Assembly (NCBI GenBank): GCA_017451505.1 | Contig: JAFTOF010000027.1 | Location: 26,462-90,461, forward strand | Length of the DNA stretch: 64,000 nt | Direction of reading: 5' to 3' | DNA from: Clostridia bacterium | GTDB taxonomy: Bacteria > Bacillota > Clostridia > UMGS1883 | Shown: positions 27,287 to 37,402 of the stretch, one piece after another | Numbering within the stretch: position 1 is the stretch's first letter | How the letters are laid out: the number at the start of each line of letters is the position of its first letter | Program-made: the position numbers and the translations under genes | The notes under the pieces: generated by a model | What the model was told of the DNA's origin: nothing | The model's input: the letters and a program-made list of their open reading frames with translations, nothing else | Databases searched by the model: none

Positions 27287-29107
27287 ATGGCAAAAATTAT
27301 TGGTATTGACTTGGGTACAACAAACTCATGCGTAGCAGTTATGGAGGGCGGAGAGCCTGTAGTAATTGCAAATGCAGAAGGTGCGAGAACTACACCTTCC
27401 GTTGTAGCTTTCACAAAAACAGGTGAAAGACTTGTAGGCCAGGTAGCAAAAAGACAGGCAGTTACAAACCCCGACAGAACAGTTATCTCTGTTAAGAGAG
27501 AAATGGGTACTAATTTCAAGGTAAACATTGACGATAAGAGCTATACTCCCCCCGAAATCAGTGCAATGGTGCTTTCAAAGCTTAAGGCTGATGCAGAAAG
27601 CTACCTTGGCGAAACTGTTTCGCAGGCAGTAATCACAGTTCCTGCATATTTCTCCGACGCACAGCGTCAGGCTACAAAGGATGCAGGTAAAATTGCAGGC
27701 CTTGAGGTTCTTCGTATTATAAATGAGCCTACAGCGGCAGCATTTGCTTACGGTATGGATAAGGAAAATGACCAGAAAATCATGGTTTATGACCTTGGCG
27801 GCGGTACATTCGACGTGTCAATCCTCGACATCGGTGACGGTGTATTCCAGGTTCTTGCAACAAATGGTGACACACGTCTTGGCGGTGACGATTTTGACGA
27901 AGCTATCATTAAATATCTTGTAGACGAATTCAAGAAGGAAAGCGGAATCGACCTTTCCACTGACCGTATGGCTATGCAAAGACTTAAGGAAGCGGCAGAA
28001 AAAGCAAAAATCGAGCTTTCAGGCGTTACAACAAGTAACATCAATCTTCCTGTCATCACTGCAGATGCAACAGGCCCCAAGCATCTTGATATTACCCTTA
28101 CAAGAGCTAAGTTCAACGAGCTTACTGCACAGCTTGTAGAGCGTACAATTATTCCTACAAAGAAAGCTCTTCAGGATGCAGGTCTTTCAACAGGTGAAAT
28201 TGACAAGGTTCTTATGGTTGGCGGTTCCAGCCGTATTCCTGCGGTTAACGAAGCTGTTCAGAAGCTTATCGGCAAAGACCCCCACAAGGGAATTAACCCC
28301 GACGAATGTGTTGCACTTGGTGCGGCTATTCAGGCAGGCGTTCTCGGTGGTGACGTTACAGACATCGTTCTTCTTGACGTAACACCCCTTTCTCTTGGTA
28401 TCGAAACAATGGGTGGCGTTTGCACAAGACTTATCGAAAGAAATACAACAATCCCCGCAAGAAAGAGCCAGATTTTCTCTACAGCGGCAGATAATCAGAC
28501 CAGCGTAGACGTTCACGTTCTCCAAGGTGAAAGAGAAATGGCGGCAGACAATAAAACTCTCGGAAACTTCGTTCTTTCAGGTATTGCACCTGCTCCCCGT
28601 GGAGTTCCGCAGATTGAAGTTACCTTCGATATCGATGCCAACGGTATCGTAAACGTAAGTGCAAAGGACCTTGGAACAGGTCAGGAGCAGAAGATTACAA
28701 TCACAGCCTCCTCAAACCTTTCCGACGAAGATATTGACAAGGCTGTAAAAGAAGCAGAACAGTATGCAGAAGAGGATAAGAAGCGTAAGGAAGCTATCGA
28801 AATCCGCAACAATGCTGATCAGCTTGTATATCAGAGTGAGAAAACTCTCACAGAGCTTGGTGACAAGGTTGAGCAGGCTGATAAGGATGCAGTTCAGGCT
28901 GAGGTAGACAAGGTTAAGGAAGCTCTCAAGGGTACGGATAACGAGCAGATTAAAGCGGCTACAGAGGCACTTCAGCAGAAGTTCTATGAAATCAGCACAA
29001 AGCTTTACCAGCAGGCTAATCCTCAGGGTCAGCCCGGTGCAAATGCACAGCCCAATGGCGAAAACGTATACGATGCAGATTTCACCGACACAAACGACAA
29101 TAACTAA
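27287..29107 (+). CDS. dnaK: Molecular chaperone DnaK (Hsp70)
   Basis: [17 protein letters not shown] and VGGSSRIP signatures; 606 aa. Confidence 0.98.
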   Translation: MAKIIGIDLGTTNSCVAVMEGGEPVVIANAEGARTTPSVVAFTKTGERLVGQVAKRQAVTNPDRTVISVKREMGTNFKVNIDDKSYTPPEISAMVLSKLKADAESYLGETVSQAVITVPAYFSDAQRQATKDAGKIAGLEVLRIINEPTAAAFAYGMDKENDQKIMVYDLGGGTFDVSILDIGDGVFQVLATNGDTRLGGDDFDEAIIKYLVDEFKKESGIDLSTDRMAMQRLKEAAEKAKIELSGVTTSNINLPVITADATGPKHLDITLTRAKFNELTAQLVERTIIPTKKALQDAGLSTGEIDKVLMVGGSSRIPAVNEAVQKLIGKDPHKGINPDECVALGAAIQAGVLGGDVTDIVLLDVTPLSLGIETMGGVCTRLIERNTTIPARKSQIFSTAADNQTSVDVHVLQGEREMAADNKTLGNFVLSGIAPAPRGVPQIEVTFDIDANGIVNVSAKDLGTGQEQKITITASSNLSDEDIDKAVKEAEQYAEEDKKRKEAIEIRNNADQLVYQSEKTLTELGDKVEQADKDAVQAEVDKVKEALKGTDNEQIKAATEALQQKFYEISTKLYQQANPQGQPGANAQPNGENVYDADFTDTNDNN

Positions 29108-29122
29108 TTGAACGAAAAGACA

Positions 29123-29155
29123 GGGACGGCGGCTCTCGCCGCCCCTTTGTTCCTT
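29123..29155 (+). terminator. Partial terminator/attenuator between dnaK and dnaJ
   Basis: gggacggcg-gctct-cgccgccc hairpin followed by a T-rich tract (CTTTGTTCCTTT). Confidence 0.5.
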
Positions 29156-29170
29156 TGAGGTGGTAAGTAA

Positions 29171-30307
29171 ATGGAGAACAAACGAGATTATTATGAAGTC
29201 CTTGGCGTACAAAAGGGTGCCTCGGACGATGAAATAAAAAAAGCATACAGACGGCTTGCCAAGCAGTATCATCCCGACCTTAACAAGGATAACCCCGATG
29301 CTGCTGATAAATTCAAGGAAGCCTCCGAGGCTTACGACGTTTTAAGTGACAGCGAAAAGAGGAGCCGTTATGACCAGTTCGGTCATGCAGGGGTAGATCC
29401 CAATGCAGGCTTTGGCGGTGGCGGTTACAGCGGTGGCTTTGGCGGCTTTGACGTAGGCGATATTTTTGAAAGCTTTTTCGGCGGTGGCTTTGGCGGCGGC
29501 AGAGCAAGGAGAAACGGTCCTGCCCGCGGCAGAGATATACAGCAGGCAATCGAGCTTACCTTTGAAGAAGCGGCATTCGGCTGCAAGAAGAAAGTCACCG
29601 TAATTCGTGGAGAAAAGTGTACAGAGTGCAGCGGTAGCGGTGCAAAGAAAGGAACTTCTCCCGAAAAGTGTTCAAGATGTAATGGTACAGGACAGGTGCG
29701 AAGTGTCCAGAATACTCCGTTTGGTCAGTTTGCAAGCACTTCTGCATGTAATCAGTGCGGTGGTAAGGGAAGCACTATTAAAGAGCCTTGCCCCACATGT
29801 AACGGAAGCGGACAGACGAGGGAGCGTCGTGTGATAGAGGTTGACATTCCCAAGGGAATTGACCATGGACAGACCTTTGCCGTGCATGGCGAGGGCGAAG
29901 CAGGAACACGGGGCGGCGGAAATGGTGACCTTCTCATAACCGTTTACGTAAAGGAAAGCAGTGTGTTCCGCCGTGATGGATTTAACGTTTACGTTGATGT
30001 GCCCATCACTTTTGTGCAGGCAACCTTGGGCTGCGAAATTGAAATCCCTACCATTGACGGAAAGGTATTGCAGAAGATTCCCGAGGGAACACAGCCTGGA
30101 ACAAAATTCCGTCTTAAAGGCAGAGGTATTCCTGCTACACGCGGAACTTCACGAGGCGATCAGTATGTACGAATTATAGTGGAGATTCCCAAAAATCTTT
30201 CAGCAAAGCAGAGGGAAATCCTTCAGAAGTTTGCAGATGAAAGCAACGAAAAGAACTATAACCAGCGTAAAAAATTTACAGAAAAGCTTAAAGAATACTT
30301 TAAATAA
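29171..30307 (+). CDS. dnaJ: Molecular chaperone DnaJ
   Basis: J domain with HPD (QYHPDLN), a G/F-rich region and four CxxCxGxG zinc-finger repeats. Confidence 0.97.
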   Translation: MENKRDYYEVLGVQKGASDDEIKKAYRRLAKQYHPDLNKDNPDAADKFKEASEAYDVLSDSEKRSRYDQFGHAGVDPNAGFGGGGYSGGFGGFDVGDIFESFFGGGFGGGRARRNGPARGRDIQQAIELTFEEAAFGCKKKVTVIRGEKCTECSGSGAKKGTSPEKCSRCNGTGQVRSVQNTPFGQFASTSACNQCGGKGSTIKEPCPTCNGSGQTRERRVIEVDIPKGIDHGQTFAVHGEGEAGTRGGGNGDLLITVYVKESSVFRRDGFNVYVDVPITFVQATLGCEIEIPTIDGKVLQKIPEGTQPGTKFRLKGRGIPATRGTSRGDQYVRIIVEIPKNLSAKQREILQKFADESNEKNYNQRKKFTEKLKEYFK

Positions 30308-30321
30308 GGAGGGGAATTCTT

Positions 30322-31290
30322 ATGGATTGGCTTGCAGTAAGCATATATACAACCCCCGAGGGAATAGACCCTCTTTGCGGACGTCTTTATAATCTGGGAA
30401 TTACGGGCGTGGAAATTCAGGACAAGGATGATTTTGAGGATTTCCTTGAAAACAACAAGCAGTACTGGGACTATGTAGACGAAGAACTTCGTGAAAAAAT
30501 GAACGGAGAAACCCGTGTGAAAATATATGTAAGTGATAATGAAAACGGGCATAAGCTTCTTAGCGGTGTGCGTGATGATCTTGTGTCCTTTAAAAGCCTT
30601 GACAGCGATAATGTTTTCGGCTCGCTCAGAGTGGAAATTGACACCATGCACGAGGAGGACTGGGAAAATAACTGGAAGCAGTATTTTAAGCCTATTTATG
30701 TAGGCGACAGACTTGTTATTAAGCCCGAATGGGAAAGCATAGATGACGGAGAGGGAAAAATTGTATTCAATATTGATCCCGGTATGACCTTTGGCAGCGG
30801 TCAGCATGAAACCACACGCCTTTGCGTGGAAACCCTTGATAAAACCGTAAAAAAAGGCGACAAGGTTCTTGACCTCGGCTGCGGCAGCGGTATTCTTTCC
30901 ATTATATCACTTATGCTTGGTGCAGGAGAAGCGAGAGCCGTTGACATTGACCCCAACTGCAAAAAAATAGCCTATTCAAATGCGGCACTTAATGGCATAG
31001 GCGAGGATGTGTACACAGTTCTTGACGGAAATATCCTTATTGATGAAGAGTTTAAGAGCAGTACCGAAAAAAGCGGCCCATACGACATTGTGGTGGCAAA
31101 TATTGTGGCAGATGTTATTATCCCCCTTGCGAGCGATGTAAGGCGTTATCTTAAAGACGGTGGCACATTTATTGCCAGCGGTATTATAGAAATGCGTATT
31201 GACGAGGTAAAAGCAGCAATCGAGGAAAACGGATTTACCATAGAAGAAATCAAAAAAGAAAACGACTGGTATTGCATAATTTCAAAGTAG
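30322..31290 (+). CDS. prmA: Ribosomal protein L11 methyltransferase
   Basis: PrmA layout with a SAM-binding VLDLGCGSGILS motif, in the conserved position after dnaJ. Confidence 0.9.
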   Translation: MDWLAVSIYTTPEGIDPLCGRLYNLGITGVEIQDKDDFEDFLENNKQYWDYVDEELREKMNGETRVKIYVSDNENGHKLLSGVRDDLVSFKSLDSDNVFGSLRVEIDTMHEEDWENNWKQYFKPIYVGDRLVIKPEWESIDDGEGKIVFNIDPGMTFGSGQHETTRLCVETLDKTVKKGDKVLDLGCGSGILSIISLMLGAGEARAVDIDPNCKKIAYSNAALNGIGEDVYTVLDGNILIDEEFKSSTEKSGPYDIVVANIVADVIIPLASDVRRYLKDGGTFIASGIIEMRIDEVKAAIEENGFTIEEIKKENDWYCIISK

Positions 31291-31299
31291 GAGATTTTT

Positions 31300-32028
31300 A
31301 TGGCTAATTTCTACATAGACAAGAGCGATATAACTGAAAATACAGCCACAATAACAGGCGAGGAAGCACAGCATATAAGCCGTGTGCTCCGTATGAAAAA
31401 AGGTGATGAAGTAACTCTCTGCGATGGCGAAGGGAATTTTTATGAAGCTGTTTTGGAGGAGTTTTCGGAAAAGACAGTTACGGCAGCGATTCGTTCTTCA
31501 AGAGAGGCTGAAACTGAGCCTGAAACGAAAATCACAATTTTTCAGGGCGTGCCCAAGAATCCCAAGCTCGAAACCATCGTCCAGAAAGCTACGGAAATCG
31601 GCGTGGTAAGGATTGTGCCTGTAAACACTGTGCGTGCCGTGGCAAAGCTTGATAAAAGTGCCAAGGTAGACAGGCTTCGCAAAATAGCAAAGGAAGCGGC
31701 AAAGCAAAGTAAACGCGGGATAATTCCTTATGTAAACGATGCCGTTAGCTTTAAAGAGGCGGTAAAAATGGCGTCGGAGGCGGACCTTGCATTGATTCCC
31801 TATGAGGAGGAAAGAGAAGTTTCGTTAAAAAAGGCACTTTCGGGAAAAAAACCAAAAACCGTAGCCGTTATGATAGGTCCAGAGGGCGGATTTGATAAAG
31901 ATGAGATTAATCTGGCAAAGGAAAACGGAATTACAAGCGTGACACTGGGAAAAAGAATTTTGCGTACAGAAACTGCACCCCTTGCAGTAAGTGCGGCAAT
32001 TCTTTACGAACTTGGAGAAATGGAATAA
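31300..32028 (+). CDS. rsmE: 16S rRNA (uracil1498-N3)-methyltransferase
   Basis: RsmE family: HISRVLRMKKGD PUA-like N-terminus and IGPEGGF, LGKRILRTETA C-terminal motifs. Confidence 0.9.
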   Translation: MANFYIDKSDITENTATITGEEAQHISRVLRMKKGDEVTLCDGEGNFYEAVLEEFSEKTVTAAIRSSREAETEPETKITIFQGVPKNPKLETIVQKATEIGVVRIVPVNTVRAVAKLDKSAKVDRLRKIAKEAAKQSKRGIIPYVNDAVSFKEAVKMASEADLALIPYEEEREVSLKKALSGKKPKTVAVMIGPEGGFDKDEINLAKENGITSVTLGKRILRTETAPLAVSAAILYELGEME

Positions 32029-32041
32029 AGGAGAAATCGAA

Positions 32042-33238
32042 ATGGCAATTTTTAATAAAGCGGATATTATGCTTCCCAGGGAAGCAGACCTTACAAAGTG
32101 GAGCGTGGTGGCGTGTGACCAGTACACATCACAGCCCGAATACTGGGAAAAGGCACAAGAGCTTGTAGGAGATAGTCCCAGCACGCTTAACCTTGTGTAC
32201 CCCGAAGCTTTCCTTTCACAGGGGGACGGCAGAATTGCCGAAATTAATAAAACCATGAAAAACTACATAGACCGCGGTATTTTCAAAACATATGAAAATT
32301 CTTATGTATATATTGAAAGAACTCTTTCGGGCGGCAGAGTAAGAAAGGGAATTATAGGTGCGGTTGACCTTGAAGCATATGATTTTCACAAAGGAGTTAA
32401 ATGCCCCATCAGAGCTACCGAGGGTACAGTTCTGGAAAGAATCCCCCCAAGAGTGAAAATCCGTGAAAATGCTCCCTTGGAGCTTCCCCATGTAATGCTT
32501 CTTATTGATGATGCAAAAAAATCCATTATAGAAAACATTAAAAAGGGCGAAAAGCTCTATGATTTTGAGCTTATGGCAAACGGCGGCCATCTTGCAGGCT
32601 GGCTTGTTGAAGATTCCGAGGAGCTTGATGCAAAACTTGACGAGTTCGCCAAGAATGCGGCAGACGGCCTTGTTTTTGCAGTTGGTGACGGCAACCATTC
32701 CCTTGCAACGGCAAAAACCTGTTGGGAGAATATTAAGGCTACTCTTACCAAGGAAGAGCAGGAAAAGCACCCTGCACGCTTCTGTCTGGTGGAAATTGAA
32801 AATATCCATGACGAGGTTTTGGAGTTTGAGCCTATACACAGAGTTGTTTTCGGAATTGAGGACGAAAAGCTCTTTACCGATACTCTTATAAAAGAACTCG
32901 ATTGCACAGAAGAAAATAACGGCGGACAAGAGGTTGTTCTCGTAAAAGGCGATAGCAGAAAAACCTTTTATATGAACAACACTTCAAGCCCAATCAGCGT
33001 GGGAACGCTTCAGAAGTATTTGGATACTCTTTCATATGAGGTTGACTATATTCACGGCGATGATGTGGTAACATCTCTCAGTGCAAAGAACGGAGCTGTG
33101 GGATTTCTTCTTCCCAAGCCCGAAAAGAGCAGTCTTTTTGAAACAGTAATCAAGGATGGTGCACTCCCCAGAAAAACATTTTCCATGGGTGAGGCAAATG
33201 AGAAGCGGTATTATATGGAAGCAAAAAAGATTAAGTAA
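32042..33238 (+). CDS. DUF1015 domain-containing protein
   Basis: About 398 aa. WSVVACDQYTSQPEYW and VGDGNHSLATAK motifs characteristic of DUF1015. AAGGAG lies 8 nt before the ATG at 32042. Confidence 0.8.
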   Translation: MAIFNKADIMLPREADLTKWSVVACDQYTSQPEYWEKAQELVGDSPSTLNLVYPEAFLSQGDGRIAEINKTMKNYIDRGIFKTYENSYVYIERTLSGGRVRKGIIGAVDLEAYDFHKGVKCPIRATEGTVLERIPPRVKIRENAPLELPHVMLLIDDAKKSIIENIKKGEKLYDFELMANGGHLAGWLVEDSEELDAKLDEFAKNAADGLVFAVGDGNHSLATAKTCWENIKATLTKEEQEKHPARFCLVEIENIHDEVLEFEPIHRVVFGIEDEKLFTDTLIKELDCTEENNGGQEVVLVKGDSRKTFYMNNTSSPISVGTLQKYLDTLSYEVDYIHGDDVVTSLSAKNGAVGFLLPKPEKSSLFETVIKDGALPRKTFSMGEANEKRYYMEAKKIK

Positions 33239-33340
33239 AAGGCGTTGCTGAAAAACGGCACCGACCGCAAAACGCAAAGGAAATAAGGGATACGCTATTA
33301 TACAGAAATTTGACATTATCTCTTTAATTGTTTAGTGAAA

Positions 33341-33365
33341 GAATCCGCGGAAGCGGATTCTTTTT
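33341..33365 (+). terminator. Intrinsic terminator of the dnaK-prmA-rsmE-DUF1015 unit
   Basis: gaatccgc-GGAA-gcggattc followed by TTTTT. Confidence 0.8.
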
Positions 33366-33486
33366 GCAATATAAGCGTTTTGCTATCCACGAACTTCACC
33401 CTCGACGTACCCACGTACGCCTTCGGGCAAGCCCCTGCGGGGTTCAGTTCGTGAATTCTGCACCATTTTTGAGCAACGCATATTGC
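33366..33486. repeat. Structured intergenic repeat, copy A (short, rearranged variant)
   Basis: Outer inverted repeat gcaatataagcg...cgcatattgc. The inner arm gctatccacgaac..ctcg is homologous to copies C and D. aattctgcacc..ttttgagca is shared with copy D. Confidence 0.5.
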
Positions 33487-33573
33487 ATAAAAATTTCCAA
33501 AATTATTACGAAAATTACATGAAATTAAGCAAAAAAAGCGTTCTTGCTGATAAAATGTAACATGAATCGAAAA

Positions 33574-33610
33574 ACAAGAAACCTCTATATATTGGGTTTC
33601 TTGTTTTTTT
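33574..33610. terminator. Orphan bidirectional terminator with no adjacent annotated gene
   Basis: acaagaaacc / ggtttcttgt 10-bp stem with an A-run before and TTTTTTT after. No ORF of 60 aa or more lies between 33366 and 33754 on the + strand. Confidence 0.6.
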
Positions 33611-33666
33611 ACGGCACAAGTTTTTAAGAAAATGTTACAAAGTTATAACAAAAACCGCAAAAAAGC

Positions 33667-33695
33667 TTGACAAACGTCATATTGTTAAGTATAAT
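33667..33695 (+). promoter_or_regulatory. Consensus sigma-A promoter of the G5/3D gene
   Basis: TTGACA, a 17-nt spacer, then TATAAT. Confidence 0.7.
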
Positions 33696-33753
33696 GATTC
33701 ACGGCAGAGGCGACCACCTCTGAAAATCAAGTTCGGCTAAAGGACGTGATAAA

Positions 33754-34548
33754 ATGTTTATCAGCAAAAAGATAAAAAGGACTGTGGCTGCCACGAGTGC
33801 GGCTATAGCGATTTTAATGAATACAGTTACCTCAATCGCGGCTCCCTTCACATATGGAAGTGCCGACGATGTCCGTGCAAAGGCTCTTGGTGAATATCTT
33901 TCCTCAAACGGAATCATTCTTGCAGGGACAAATTACCATTCAAGCTCCAAGAATGAAACAGAGGCAGTTTCAACTAAGCAGGTAACTGAAACCACACAGG
34001 TTGCTTACAACACAATCAAGAGAGTGAACACCTCCCTCCCTGCAGGACACACTAATGTTATCCGTGAGGGTGTTGAGGGTGAAAAAAGCGTTACTTACAA
34101 GGTAAAGTATCAGGGTGAAAAGGAAGTTTCAAGGGAGATAGTTTCCGAAACCCTGTTAAAAGCACCTGTTGACAAAATTGTTGAATATGGTGATACGAAT
34201 GCTAAGGTAAGCACTGATTCCGATAACACTTCTTTCAGCTATAAGTACGTTATCGAATGTAAAGCGACGGCATACGACCTTTCCGCAGAGGAAAACGGCG
34301 GCTATGCAGGTCAGAGTGCAACAGGCGTTCCGCTGGATAAGGGCGTAATCGCAGTTGATCCCAGAGTTATACCCCTGGGTTCCAGAGTTTATATCGAAGC
34401 ACTTGACGGAAGCTGGTCTTACGGCTATGCGGTTGCGGCAGATACAGGCGGTGCAATCAAGGGTAAACGTGTTGACCTTTGCTACAGAACTCAGAAAGAG
34501 TGTATTCAGTTCGGTGTAAGACCCTGCAGAGTATATGTACTGAGCTAA
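33754..34548 (+). CDS. Secreted G5 + 3D domain protein (YabE / Rpf-like cell-wall enzyme)
   Basis: Signal peptide, G5-like EGVEGEKSVTYKVKYQGEKEVSREIV, and a 3D domain (ATAYDLS...GVIAVDPRVIPLGSRVYIE...AADTGGAIKGKRVDL). Confidence 0.8.
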   Translation: MFISKKIKRTVAATSAAIAILMNTVTSIAAPFTYGSADDVRAKALGEYLSSNGIILAGTNYHSSSKNETEAVSTKQVTETTQVAYNTIKRVNTSLPAGHTNVIREGVEGEKSVTYKVKYQGEKEVSREIVSETLLKAPVDKIVEYGDTNAKVSTDSDNTSFSYKYVIECKATAYDLSAEENGGYAGQSATGVPLDKGVIAVDPRVIPLGSRVYIEALDGSWSYGYAVAADTGGAIKGKRVDLCYRTQKECIQFGVRPCRVYVLS

Positions 34549-34566
34549 TCTAATCATAAATTTCAA

Positions 34567-34604
34567 ATCACCTCATACACATAAAGTGTATGGGGTGATT
34601 TTTT
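34567..34604 (+). terminator. Intrinsic terminator abutting the next start codon
   Basis: atcacctcatacac-ataaa-gtgtatggggtgat 14-bp stem followed by TTTTT, then the ATG at 34605. Confidence 0.8.
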
Positions 34605-36095
34605 ATGGACAGTGCGGCGAAGCTTTTGAAAAACACGCTCTTAATAGCTTCAGGCAGTATAATTTTGCGTCTGTGTGCACTTTTCTTTCAAGCATATCTG
34701 GCGGCACAGGCAGGGGCAGGTCAGCTTGGTTTTTACGGCATTATTTCTTCGGTAGGGGTTGTTTTTGCAACCATTGCTATCTCAGGGGTACGTTTTGCCG
34801 TTACAAGACTTGCTGCCGAACAGTGCAGCACAGGAAACTCCTATCCCCATTCCTTGATGCGGAGTGCCTTTCTCTACGGGCTGACGTTTGGTGTGCTGTC
34901 GGGCGGAGTAATGTACTTTGCTTCAGACGCCTTGTCACACTATTGGGTTATGGAGGCCTCGGCTGCCGTGCCGCTTCGTATAATATCAGCATCAATGCCC
35001 TCTATTTCCGTAGGTGCAGTGATTGAGGGCTACTTTACGGCGAAACAAAAAATTTTCAGATTGGTAACGGCTGAAATATCCTCGCAATTTATACGGATAT
35101 GCTTTGTTATAATTTGTTTCGGGAAATTTGACAAAGAAAATGTTATAGGCATTTTATCGGCAGGCTCTTTTGCAGGAGAGGTTTCTCTTTCTCTTATATT
35201 ACTTATACTTTATTTTTTTGAAAGCCTTGGAAGAAAAGAAAGGCACAAAAGCAGAAAAAACCTTTCTTCACTTGCAAAAACGGCACTTCCCCTTGCTGTC
35301 AGTGCATATATGCGTACGGGGCTTAGTTCACTGGGACAGATTATTATTCCGCGGGGGCTTAGAAAGTCGGGTATGGGTGCAGATGCGGCATTTGTTACCT
35401 ACGGCGTAATAGGGCAGATGGCTTTCCCCGTAATAATGTTTCCCGCCGCACTTTTAAATGCGTTGGGGGATATCCTTGTGCCGCGTCTTACCGGGGCACA
35501 GACAAACGGCAAAAAAATAGGCATAGCACATATTGTAAACAGAGCACTGCGGATAGGCATCATATTCAGCTTCGGTGTAATGGGGCTGATGTTTTTCTAT
35601 GCCGATAGTCTGGGACAATGGTTTTACAAAAGCACAGAGGCAGGAAAATACATACGCATTTTCGCTCCCCTTATCCCTATTATATATATTGACTGCGTAA
35701 CCGACGGATGCCTCAAGGGACTGGGTCAGCAGGTTCATTCCATGGTATATAACGTGCTGGAGGGTATAATAAACGTCACACTTTTGTTTTTACTTCTTCC
35801 CACCATGGCTATTCGCGGATATATTACAGTAATGTATATAAAGGAAGTATTTAATGCGGTGCTTAGCCTCAGAAGGCTTAGCGTGGTAACATGTGTGGAT
35901 AAGAATATAGCCATCTTTATTTGCGTTACAGCGGCGGCATATTTAGCTTATCTGTTTTCGGGGATTGTAGCACCTGGGGCATCTTTGTGGACGGCACTGT
36001 TTTTGTATGCTCTGTTTTATATTATTCTTCTTTATGTGCTAAACACCGTCACCCGCGAGGACTTGAAGTGGATTATTTCTCTCGTAAGAAATTAG
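34605..36095 (+). CDS. MOP-superfamily flippase (SpoVB/MurJ-like polysaccharide biosynthesis protein)
   Basis: 496 aa with about 14 predicted TMs. The N-terminus LLKNTLLIASGSIILRL is typical of SpoVB/Wzx-type proteins. Confidence 0.7.
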   Translation: MDSAAKLLKNTLLIASGSIILRLCALFFQAYLAAQAGAGQLGFYGIISSVGVVFATIAISGVRFAVTRLAAEQCSTGNSYPHSLMRSAFLYGLTFGVLSGGVMYFASDALSHYWVMEASAAVPLRIISASMPSISVGAVIEGYFTAKQKIFRLVTAEISSQFIRICFVIICFGKFDKENVIGILSAGSFAGEVSLSLILLILYFFESLGRKERHKSRKNLSSLAKTALPLAVSAYMRTGLSSLGQIIIPRGLRKSGMGADAAFVTYGVIGQMAFPVIMFPAALLNALGDILVPRLTGAQTNGKKIGIAHIVNRALRIGIIFSFGVMGLMFFYADSLGQWFYKSTEAGKYIRIFAPLIPIIYIDCVTDGCLKGLGQQVHSMVYNVLEGIINVTLLFLLLPTMAIRGYITVMYIKEVFNAVLSLRRLSVVTCVDKNIAIFICVTAAAYLAYLFSGIVAPGASLWTALFLYALFYIILLYVLNTVTREDLKWIISLVRN

Positions 36096-36121
36096 AAAAA
36101 CAAAAAAACTGTTTTTCGGTG

Positions 36122-36150
36122 TTGACAAAAGGGAATCGTATTGATAAAAT
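36122..36150 (+). promoter_or_regulatory. Promoter of asnA
   Basis: TTGACA, a 17-nt spacer, then TAAAAT. Confidence 0.55.
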
Positions 36151-36184
36151 TATAAGATAGGTAGTACAGAAAAGAGGCAACAAA

Positions 36185-37192
36185 ATGAAAAATCTGATTT
36201 TACCCAAGGAATATTGTACAAAATTAACGCTCAGGGAAACTCAGCGTGCAATTAAAATAATAAAGGATAATTTCCAGAAAAAGCTGGCAAGGGAGCTTAA
36301 CCTTGACCGAGTAACGGCACCTGTTATCGTTACTAAGGCAAGCGGTATTAACGACGACCTTAACGGCGTTGAACGCAAGGTCGAATTTGATACCAAGGAG
36401 TGTAACGAAACGGTTGAGATTGTTCAGTCCCTTGCAAAGTGGAAAAGAATGGCTCTTTACCGCTACGGCTATAACGTTGGAGAGGGAATATATACGGATA
36501 TGAATGCCGTACGCCGTGATGATAAGGTTGATAATGTACATTCTCTCTTTGTTGACCAGTGGGACTGGGAAAGAGTGATTAGCAGAGAGGAAAGAAACGA
36601 GGAATTCCTGAAAGAAACCGTAAGGAAAATCGTTAGAGCAGCGGCAGACACACAGGATATTCTTTGTGAGGAGTTTCCTTTCCTTGAAAAAACCATTGAA
36701 AGGGAAGTTTTCTTCATCACCGCACAGGAGCTTGAGGATATGTATCCCGGATTTACCGATAAGGAGAGAGAGGATGCTATTGTAAAGGAGCATAAGACCG
36801 TTTTCCTGATGCAGATAGGAAAGGTACTTAAAAGCGGTAAACCGCATGACGGCAGAGCACCCGACTATGACGACTGGACGTTAAACGGAGATATCCTTGT
36901 ATGGAACAGCGTGCTGGGAAGAAGTCTTGAAATTTCTTCTATGGGAATCCGTGTAGATAAAGATTCTTTGAGAGCACAGCTTGAGGAAAGGGACGCTCTT
37001 GACAGAATGAAATACGATTATCATAAAATGATTGATGACGAAACATTGCCCCTTACAATCGGTGGCGGTATCGGTCAGTCCAGACTTTGTATGCAGATGC
37101 TCGGCAGGGCACATATCGGCGAGGTACAGGTAGCCGTATGGCCCGAACAAATGCGTGAAGAATGCAGTGAGAACGGTATTTTCTTATTATAA
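36185..37192 (+). CDS. asnA: Aspartate--ammonia ligase
   Basis: 335 aa, AsnA family (class II aaRS-like): LNLDRVTAPVIV, DWDWE and GGGIGQSRL motifs. Confidence 0.9.
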   Translation: MKNLILPKEYCTKLTLRETQRAIKIIKDNFQKKLARELNLDRVTAPVIVTKASGINDDLNGVERKVEFDTKECNETVEIVQSLAKWKRMALYRYGYNVGEGIYTDMNAVRRDDKVDNVHSLFVDQWDWERVISREERNEEFLKETVRKIVRAAADTQDILCEEFPFLEKTIEREVFFITAQELEDMYPGFTDKEREDAIVKEHKTVFLMQIGKVLKSGKPHDGRAPDYDDWTLNGDILVWNSVLGRSLEISSMGIRVDKDSLRAQLEERDALDRMKYDYHKMIDDETLPLTIGGGIGQSRLCMQMLGRAHIGEVQVAVWPEQMREECSENGIFLL

Positions 37193-37203
37193 CTAAATTC
37201 AAA

Positions 37204-37234
37204 AGAAGAAATCTCTCGGGATTTCTTCTTTTTT
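37204..37234 (+). terminator. Intrinsic terminator of asnA
   Basis: agaagaaatc-tctcgg-gatttcttct followed by TTTTT. Confidence 0.8.
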
Positions 37235-37402
37235 GTAGATGTGTTGACAAAATCAACAAAAATCCAGAAATAAAACACGTTCCTTTGTGCAAAATGACGA
37301 AAGAAAAAATAAATTATTGTATAATCTACGGATATATAAAAGCTGTAATTTATAGTAAAATTATACTACGGAGATATTCTTCGTAGAAAGGTGGTTACAG
37401 CA

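Noticed and set aside
33519-33560. A 13-aa ORF (MKLSKKSVLADKM) between repeat copy A and the orphan terminator.
   Set aside because: There is no Shine-Dalgarno sequence upstream and no conservation evidence is available. It is too short to support from sequence alone.
33611-33753. Looked for a cyclic-di-AMP (ydaO-type) riboswitch upstream of the G5/3D cell-wall enzyme gene, a common association.
   Set aside because: The consensus promoter at 33667-33695 leaves a leader of about 55 nt containing only one small hairpin (cagagg..cctctg). That is far too short for the roughly 130-nt riboswitch.
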